DNA of 2,892 nucleotides from Escherichia coli (GTDB lineage Bacteria; Pseudomonadota; Gammaproteobacteria; Enterobacterales; Enterobacteriaceae): NCBI RefSeq assembly GCF_003334765.1, contig NZ_QOWT01000072.1; one strand, 5' to 3'. Shown piece by piece: positions 1 to 2,892 of this stretch (position 1 is its first letter; each line of letters starts with the position of its first letter). The notes under the pieces were generated by a model. It saw only the letters and a program-made list of their open reading frames with translations, ran no database searches and was not told where the DNA came from. The position numbers and the translations under genes were made by a program.

Positions 1-110
1 GTGGCGGCCTCAGTCCGGAACAATTTGAAAACAAGAACCTCGCTTAGGCCTGTGTCCATATTACGTGGGTAGGATCAATAACAGGTGTCTGGAAATATAG
101 GGCAAATCCA
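1..110 (+). mobile_element. IS2-group (IS3 family) right-end remnant: decayed orfB 3' end plus terminal inverted repeat
   Basis: 78-110 (ataacaggtgtctggaaatatagggcaaatcca) matches the IS2 right terminal repeat as I recall it (...GATAACAGATGTCTGGAAATATAGGGGCAAATCCA). It is repeated at 2667-2700 with one extra G. The frame ending NNRCLEI* at the end mimics the IS2 OrfB C-terminus (SDNRCLEI*). Upstream, 1-77 aligns only with indels to 2556-2666 (gctta...atat.tacg...agg) and contains RPQSG, reminiscent of the PxSNG transposase motif. The reading frame is broken. Confidence 0.6.
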
Positions 111-144
111 AACAGCAATTAACTATTGCTATAATAATATCTAT
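111..144. repeat. Left arm of a 34-bp near-perfect inverted repeat (partner 2521-2554)
   Basis: aacagcaattaactattgctataataatatctat versus the reverse complement of 2521-2554, aacagcaatcaactattgctataataatatctat: 33/34 identical. It starts exactly at the junction with the IS2-like end. Weaker, indel-containing homology continues inward to about 310 (left) and about 2236 (right). Confidence 0.9.
114..135 (+). promoter_or_regulatory. Candidate extended -10 promoter (TGCTATAAT, 127-135) abutting palindrome AGCAAT-N5-ATTGCT (114-130), reading into the left cassette
   Basis: TGnTATAAT consensus is seen directly and there is no convincing -35. The 6-bp palindrome arms agcaat/attgct are separated by 5 nt and overlap the TG of the extended -10. 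The same arrangement is conserved in the right arm. Sequence-only prediction. Confidence 0.4.
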
Positions 145-203
145 TATTTTTTTTGTTTTGATTTATCATTTGATTTTATAGATAAAATAATTTTTTGGTT
201 TTT

Positions 204-240
204 AATATAGTTTTATATGTAATGGAGCTCAAGGTAATAA
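204..240 (+). pseudogene. Vestige of the precursor-peptide gene, lost by an internal deletion of about 110 bp
   Basis: 205-224 (atatagttttatatgtaatg) aligns with codons 4-9 of the 2315-2467 peptide gene (atatagttacatatgtaatg). 225-240 (gagctcaaggtaataa) aligns with the sequence just after the second ATG of the right copy (gagttcttggtcataa). The roughly 110 nt lying between the two ATG triplets in the right copy (2440-2331) is absent here. No ribosome-binding site or ATG is retained at the peptide start. Confidence 0.45.
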
Positions 241-1269
241 ATGAAAGTAGTTTCTGATAGTTTTAATGACATGCATAAACGTCGTTATTTTAATGACACA
301 ATGGATATTATTAATTATAATCGAAAAACAATAAGGTATACTGACATCATTTTTTACTTTAGGACTCTAAAAAAAATTAGGTTAAAATATCCATTCAAAG
401 AATTAGAATCATTATTTGAGCCTTTGAATGTTTACCCTTTTTACTATTTTATGCCATTTTTATTTATAAGTGATCTCCATGATAAAGGACAGTATATTGA
501 AAGGATAAGATACGTCGGTATTATATCAACGCTTATTGCTCGAAGAGCAATCCTCACAGACCTCTTTGTCGATGAACAGTACGAGCAACTAATTTCAAGA
601 AACATGGGAGATTTAAAGAAAGAATATCTTGGGTATTATTTGCAAATAATAGATGTAGAAATTAATAATATTGCCTCAAAAATATTTATAGAGCCTAGTA
701 GTTTCTATGCTTTTTATAATCGTCGTTTTAACGAGTATGTTAATACTATGTTAATGGAAAAAGATATTTCACCATTAATAGGCATGGATGAGGGGGCGTT
801 TAAAAAGTACGCAGTTGGAAAATCTATACTGCATTTACTTGTTAGCGATATGGTTCTTCATATTATAAAAAAACAAGAGTTAACACATCAGTTTGATAAT
901 ATGATGAAAAGCTTTATTATGTATCTTACCCTTCAGGATGATGTTCTCGATATAATGGAAGACATACAAAAGCAGCAACCATCGCATTTCTACCCTTGGA
1001 TTTCTGATGGTAAGATCATTGAAAGTATTGATGAGAATGTGGAAAAAGCTGTGCTCCTTAAGTTTTATCTCGGTGGAGGTATTGAAAGATGCGAGGATCT
1101 CATTAATAAATATGTTGAAGATATCATTACTGCTGTAAAAAAAATAAATCATCCTCTAAAATCATGGTTAGAAGTTATTGAAAGAATGTCATTAAAAACA
1201 AAAGACAAATTGGATTCATTTAAAGCAGTTAGAGATGAATTACATTTTTTTCTGTCACAACAGGGGTAA
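241..1269 (+). CDS. Polyprenyl-synthase-fold protein, ComQ-like candidate peptide isoprenyltransferase (342 aa)
   Basis: This is the longest ORF in the window. AAGG lies 6 nt upstream of the ATG. An intact second Asp-rich motif in the trans-prenyltransferase context FQxxDDxLD (LTLQDDVLDIMED, residues 229-241) sits about 125 aa after a degenerate first motif (AILTDLFVDEQYE, residues 103-115). That spacing is typical of the family, and the first motif resembles B. subtilis ComQ ILSSDIMDDLEDED as I recall it. GKS at 193-195 lies where the conserved KT of the family sits. The ORF is followed after 3 nt by idi. The functional assignment is inference. Confidence 0.75.
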   Translation: MKVVSDSFNDMHKRRYFNDTMDIINYNRKTIRYTDIIFYFRTLKKIRLKYPFKELESLFEPLNVYPFYYFMPFLFISDLHDKGQYIERIRYVGIISTLIARRAILTDLFVDEQYEQLISRNMGDLKKEYLGYYLQIIDVEINNIASKIFIEPSSFYAFYNRRFNEYVNTMLMEKDISPLIGMDEGAFKKYAVGKSILHLLVSDMVLHIIKKQELTHQFDNMMKSFIMYLTLQDDVLDIMEDIQKQQPSHFYPWISDGKIIESIDENVEKAVLLKFYLGGGIERCEDLINKYVEDIITAVKKINHPLKSWLEVIERMSLKTKDKLDSFKAVRDELHFFLSQQG

Positions 1270-1272
1270 TTT

Positions 1273-1812
1273 ATGGAGAATGTTATTTTAATTGACCATA
1301 ATGATTGTGAAACGGGGATTGCCGAAAAATTATATACCCACAAAAAAGGTATTTTACATCGGGCTGTTTCTGTTTATATATGTAATAGCGATGGAAAATT
1401 ATTGTTACAGCAAAGAGCACTTGGAAAATATCATTCTCCCGGCCTTTGGAGCAATACCTCTTGTACACACCCCTTCCCGGGAGAATCGAATTTATCTGCA
1501 GCTAACAGAAGATTAAGGGAGGAAATGGGGATAGAATGCCCCTTATCTAAACTATTAAAGATCTACTATAATGTTTATGTCGGCGGTGATTTAACAGAAC
1601 ATGAGATTGCACATATTTTCTATGGTATTAGTGATGATGAACCAGATTTAAATAGTTTGGAAGCTATGAGTTATAAATATGTTTCCTTGACAGAGTTAAG
1701 TTCTGAAATAAAATTCAATAACGATGCTTTTTCTCGTTGGTTCGTCTATTGTTTCCCATATATTAAAAATGCTTTCCTGAATGAGAGTAATTATACCAAT
1801 TTATTGATTTAG
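1273..1812 (+). CDS. idi: Isopentenyl-diphosphate delta-isomerase, type 1 (Nudix-fold IDI), 179 aa
   Basis: The type 1 IDI motifs appear in the right order: H23...LH29RAVS, RALGKYHSPGLWSNTSCTHP (catalytic Cys as in E. coli NSVCGHP), PGES, TEHEIAHIF (ExE, as in E. coli ENEV) and FSRWF (E. coli FSPWM). AGGGG lies 7 nt upstream of the ATG, and the ATG is 3 nt after the upstream stop. Length is close to E. coli Idi (182 aa). The last ~9 codons are encoded by IS1-like terminal sequence. Confidence 0.9.
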   Translation: MENVILIDHNDCETGIAEKLYTHKKGILHRAVSVYICNSDGKLLLQQRALGKYHSPGLWSNTSCTHPFPGESNLSAANRRLREEMGIECPLSKLLKIYYNVYVGGDLTEHEIAHIFYGISDDEPDLNSLEAMSYKYVSLTELSSEIKFNNDAFSRWFVYCFPYIKNAFLNESNYTNLLI

Positions 1813-1876
1813 TATATGATGGTGCATTTGAGGGTTATGTATTCAATTTGTTGAATTCTATATTCTGCCCGTGACG
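1786..1876 (+). mobile_element. IS1-family left-end remnant (degenerate IRL and start of the insA region)
   Basis: 1796-1833 (ccaatttattgatttagtatatgatggtgcatttgagg) matches IS1 nt 11-48 as recalled (CCAACTTACTGATTTAGTGTATGATGGTGTTTTTGAGG) at 33/38. The first 10 nt of the IRL are more degenerate. Downstream, tctatattctgccc...tgacgg resembles insA TCTATCAGCTGTCCC...TGACGG with indels. The inner boundary is uncertain. Confidence 0.6.
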
Positions 1877-2234
1877 GTAACACGAGGTCTTAAAGCTGTT
1901 TACTTGGCTCCAACCGAAGACGCTGTCCCTCAGGCGCCGGAGACGTTCAGAGGTGTATGGGAGCCGCGTTATCCGCAGGAGCTTCATAAGGTGATTTATA
2001 CGACCATACCATTGAATCGCTGAACAGTGTGATCCGTCACTCAATCAAGAAACACAGGGTGTTACCGACAGATGAGTTAGTAAAAAGCGGTGTCATCCCG
2101 GTAGCGTTACAGAAATGGGCAATACCCCTTAAGGAATGTCATCATGGCGATGAGCCGCTTTATTATCAAGTTTAGTGATTGCCTTGCCGGTCATTTCTAA
2201 GAAAAGGCATTTACACAGAATGATAAATAGGCTC
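1877..2234 (+). pseudogene. IS256-family (Mutator-type) transposase C-terminal remnant, with frameshifts and deletions, plus the probable right IS terminus
   Basis: Translation in shifting frames gives VTRGLKAVYLAPTED...RYPQ / KVIYTT / TIESLNSVIRHSIKKHRVLPTDE...LQKW / MAMSRFIIKFSDCLAGHF* (stop 2198-2200). This matches the conserved IS256-family C-terminus (DLKAIYxAPT, IYTTNAIESLNxxIR, FPxD, SRF...F*) as I recall it. There is a 1-nt deletion at about 2008, an internal deletion after RYPQ, and another frameshift near 2135-2144. The N-terminal two thirds of the transposase is absent. The outer end is placed at about 2234, where homology to the ORF1 5' region resumes on the minus strand; this position is approximate. 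Confidence 0.7.
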
Positions 2235-2333
2235 TATTTTATTATCAATGACATCCATAGTGTCATTATAATAACGACATTTATGCATGCCATTGACATT
2301 GTCAGATACTATATTTATGACCAAGAACTCCAT
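2211..2333 (-). pseudogene. 5' fragment of a diverged paralog of the 241-1269 gene, truncated by the IS256-family end
   Basis: The minus-strand ORF reads MEFLVINIVSDNVNGMHKCRYYNDTMDVIDNKIEPIYHSV*. Residues IVSDNVNGMHKCRYYNDTMDVI align with ORF1 residues 3-24 (VVSDSFNDMHKRRYFNDTMDII). Homology stops at about 2236, and the last codons and the stop come from IS-end sequence. The ATG (2333-2331) lies inside the 3' end of the peptide gene, a 19-nt overlap. Confidence 0.6.
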
Positions 2334-2467
2334 GCAGGTCCATTGCTATTGATATCCTCCTGAGTCTCTCGCACAATATCTTTTATTAGACTTAAATCCA
2401 TATCTGAGGCTATTTTGATTATATTATCAAAATCAGCATTCATTACATATGTAACTATATCAATCAT
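2315..2467 (-). CDS. Small ORF (50 aa) not in the supplied track: candidate ComX-like precursor peptide with a Trp-containing C-terminus
   Basis: Sequence: MIDIVTYVMNADFDNIIKIASDMDLSLIKDIVRETQEDINSNGPAWSSWS*. GGAGGTG (complement of 2472-2478) sits 4 nt upstream of the ATG (2467-2465). The stop TAA is the complement of 2315-2317. The N-terminus follows the pattern M-x-D-[LI]-[IV]-x-Y-[FV]-[LM]-N of B. subtilis 168 ComX (MQDLINYFLN..., recalled). The tail NGPAW resembles the ComX RO-B-2 pheromone YTNGNWVPS (recalled). The ORF overlaps the start of the adjacent ComQ-like fragment. Confidence 0.6.
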   Translation of the reverse strand: MIDIVTYVMNADFDNIIKIASDMDLSLIKDIVRETQEDINSNGPAWSSWS

Positions 2468-2520
2468 TATACACCTCCTTTCTCTAAATTTTTACATGCT
2501 AAAACAAAATAAAACAAAAA

Positions 2521-2554
2521 ATAGATATTATTATAGCAATAGTTGATTGCTGTT
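2521..2554. repeat. Right arm of the 34-bp inverted repeat (partner 111-144)
   Basis: Its reverse complement is 33/34 identical to 111-144. It ends exactly where IS2-like orfB-derived sequence begins (2555/2556). Confidence 0.9.
2530..2551 (-). promoter_or_regulatory. Candidate extended -10 promoter (TGCTATAAT, complement of 2530-2538) and palindrome AGCAAT-N5-ATTGCT (2535-2551), reading into the peptide gene
   Basis: This mirrors 114-135. The -10 lies about 60 nt upstream of the peptide ATG at 2467. Sequence-only prediction. Confidence 0.4.
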
Positions 2555-2555
2555 C

Positions 2556-2700
2556 TAACTGAATCGCCACGTTCAACAACCTGTTTGACAGCTTCAACTT
2601 TAAACTCCTCAGGATAAAGCTTACCACGGGAATATCTACGGCAGCAGGTCAGTAATGGATTAAGTGATAACAGGTGTCTGGAAATATAGGGGCAAATCCA
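2556..2700 (+). mobile_element. IS2-group (IS3 family) 3' remnant: orfB C-terminal pseudogene plus right terminal repeat
   Basis: ccacgggaatatctacggcagcaggtcagtaatggattaagtgataacaggtgtctggaaatataggggcaaatcca parallels the recalled IS2 end CCACGGGAATATCTGCGGCAGCGGGCTTGTAATGGGTTAAGTGATAACAGATGTCTGGAAATATAGGGGCAAATCCA. Translation gives ...[26 protein letters not shown] against IS2 OrfB ...[27 protein letters not shown]. A stop replaces the Tyr, and there is a frameshift upstream. Confidence 0.8.
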
Positions 2701-2744
2701 CCGACCCCGTACTGCTCACGCAGCTTATCCAGCAGTGGCATCAT
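2701..2744 (-). pseudogene. IS629-type orfB, first ~15 codons only (truncated by the IS2-like insertion)
   Basis: ATGATG is the complement of 2739-2744. [15 protein letters not shown] then runs straight into the IS2-like terminal repeat at 2700. Confidence 0.8.
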
Positions 2745-2892
2745 TTTTTCCAGAGGCGGTCGAACTCCGCCTTCGCAAAATAAGCGGAAGCCTGGCGAAG
2801 GATATCGTTACTGCGGCGCAGTTCACGATTTTCACGCTCCAGCTCTTTCAGACGCTGACGTTCAGCGGTGGTGAGCCCTCCATCACCGCCCC
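2741..2892 (-). CDS. IS629-type orfA, 3' portion (5' end lies outside the window)
   Basis: The frame is open from the window edge to the TGA (complement of 2741-2743), and the leucine-zipper-like [33 protein letters not shown] is typical of IS3-family OrfA. The + strand ORF 2674-2874 in the track is its antisense shadow. Confidence 0.8.
   Translation of the reverse strand, partial: GGDGGLTTAERQRLKELERENRELRRSNDILRQASAYFAKAEFDRLWKK

Larger units (their letters stand above)
2701..2892 (-). mobile_element. IS629/IS1203-type (IS3 family) internal fragment, interrupted at 2700/2701 by the IS2-like end
   Basis: The minus strand encodes [49 protein letters not shown] followed by the overlapping [15 protein letters not shown]. 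These match my recollection of the IS629 OrfA C-terminus and OrfB N-terminus, including the A-rich slippery stretch GGAAAAAATGATG. Confidence 0.85.

Noticed and set aside
1-77. Possible group II intron 3' end, or a minus-strand gene start (MDTGLSEVLVFKLFRTEAA...)
   Set aside because: I could not fold a convincing domain V hairpin. The segment instead aligns, with indels, to the IS2-like orfB 3' region at 2556-2666, and its plus-strand frame runs into the IS2-like ...NRCLEI* ending. A decayed IS2-group remnant is the simpler reading.
101-135. Hybrid outward promoter formed by the IS2-like IRR (-35) and the cargo TATAAT (-10)
   Set aside because: The hexamer at the correct spacing (tccaaa or atccaa) is a poor -35 match. 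The TGCTATAAT extended -10 needs no -35, and the right arm has the same -10 without an IS2 end in that position. The idea cannot be excluded, but the sequence does not support it.
145-240. T-rich and short direct repeats in the left leader (ttgattt... tttgatttt) as a possible riboswitch, attenuator or repeat array
   Set aside because: The sequence is low-complexity and AT-rich with no stable stem-loop or periodic repeat-spacer structure. It aligns loosely to the right-copy leader and is more simply a decayed 5' UTR. There is no CRISPR-like regularity anywhere in the window.
360-1150. A7-A8 homopolymer tracts inside the 342-aa gene (about 365-374, about 866-872, about 1137-1144) as possible slipped-strand phase-variation switches
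   Set aside because: Runs of this kind are expected by composition in DNA this AT-rich. All are currently in frame, and there is no comparative evidence for length variation.
880-1152. 90-aa ORF on the minus strand inside the 241-1269 gene
   Set aside because: It lies entirely antisense to a much longer ORF that has recognisable family motifs. It has no ribosome-binding site or motifs of its own, and open antisense frames like this are expected in AT-rich DNA.
1149-1343. 64-aa minus-strand ORF spanning the ORF1/idi junction
   Set aside because: It is antisense to two well-supported, tightly coupled genes, and its sequence is low-complexity with no recognisable features.
1283-1516. 61-aa minus-strand ORF (1283-1468) and 74-aa alternative-frame plus-strand ORF (1292-1516) inside idi
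   Set aside because: Both overlap the idi frame, which carries a complete set of type 1 IDI motifs. They are shadow ORFs.
1835-2044. 69-aa minus-strand ORF
   Set aside because: It is antisense to the decayed IS256-family transposase remnant and the IS1-like remnant. The plus strand explains this sequence (DLKAVY..., IYTT..IESLN motifs).
2175-2363. 62-aa plus-strand ORF
   Set aside because: It runs across the IS256-family end junction and is antisense to the ComQ-like 5' fragment and the 3' end of the peptide gene, both of which have homology support. It has no ribosome-binding site.
105-2560. Target-site duplication flanking the 34-bp inverted repeats, which would make the whole 2.45-kb segment a single transposon
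   Set aside because: The flanks (…caaatcca on the left, ctaactga… on the right) share no direct repeat of 2-9 bp. The two arms more likely belong to two separate, convergent copies of the cassette.
2674-2874. 66-aa plus-strand ORF
   Set aside because: It starts inside the IS2-like terminal repeat and is antisense to the clearly recognisable IS629-type orfA/orfB sequence.

Overview
The window is a mosaic. A strongly AT-rich cargo module of about 2.45 kb (111-2555) sits inside GC-richer insertion-sequence debris of the kind seen on Escherichia/Shigella plasmids and islands. The debris comprises IS2-group ends at 1-110 and 2556-2700, an IS629-type fragment at 2701-2892, and IS1-like and IS256-family remnants at about 1786-2234.

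The cargo looks like two convergent, diverged copies of one small cassette. Each copy starts with a 34-bp arm of a near-perfect inverted repeat (111-144 and 2521-2554, 33/34 identical). Each arm carries an extended -10 (TGCTATAAT) and a small palindrome.

- Left copy (+ strand): a 342-aa polyprenyl-synthase-fold protein (241-1269) tightly coupled to an intact type 1 isopentenyl-diphosphate isomerase (idi, 1273-1812).
- Right copy (- strand): a 50-aa ORF missing from the supplied track (2315-2467) with a strong GGAGG ribosome-binding site. Its start resembles Bacillus ComX pheromone precursors and its tail is Trp-containing (NGPAWSSWS). It overlaps the first ~33 codons of a paralog of the 342-aa gene, which is then cut off by the IS256-family end.
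- The left copy appears to have lost the peptide gene through a deletion of about 110 bp.

My main hypothesis is a ComQ/ComX-like isoprenylated-peptide (RiPP or signal) system with its own IPP isomerase, in an enterobacterial mobile-DNA context. It survives as one intact peptide gene and one intact enzyme gene on opposite strands. All homology statements rest on reading the sequence and on family motifs and sequences recalled from memory. No database search was run.
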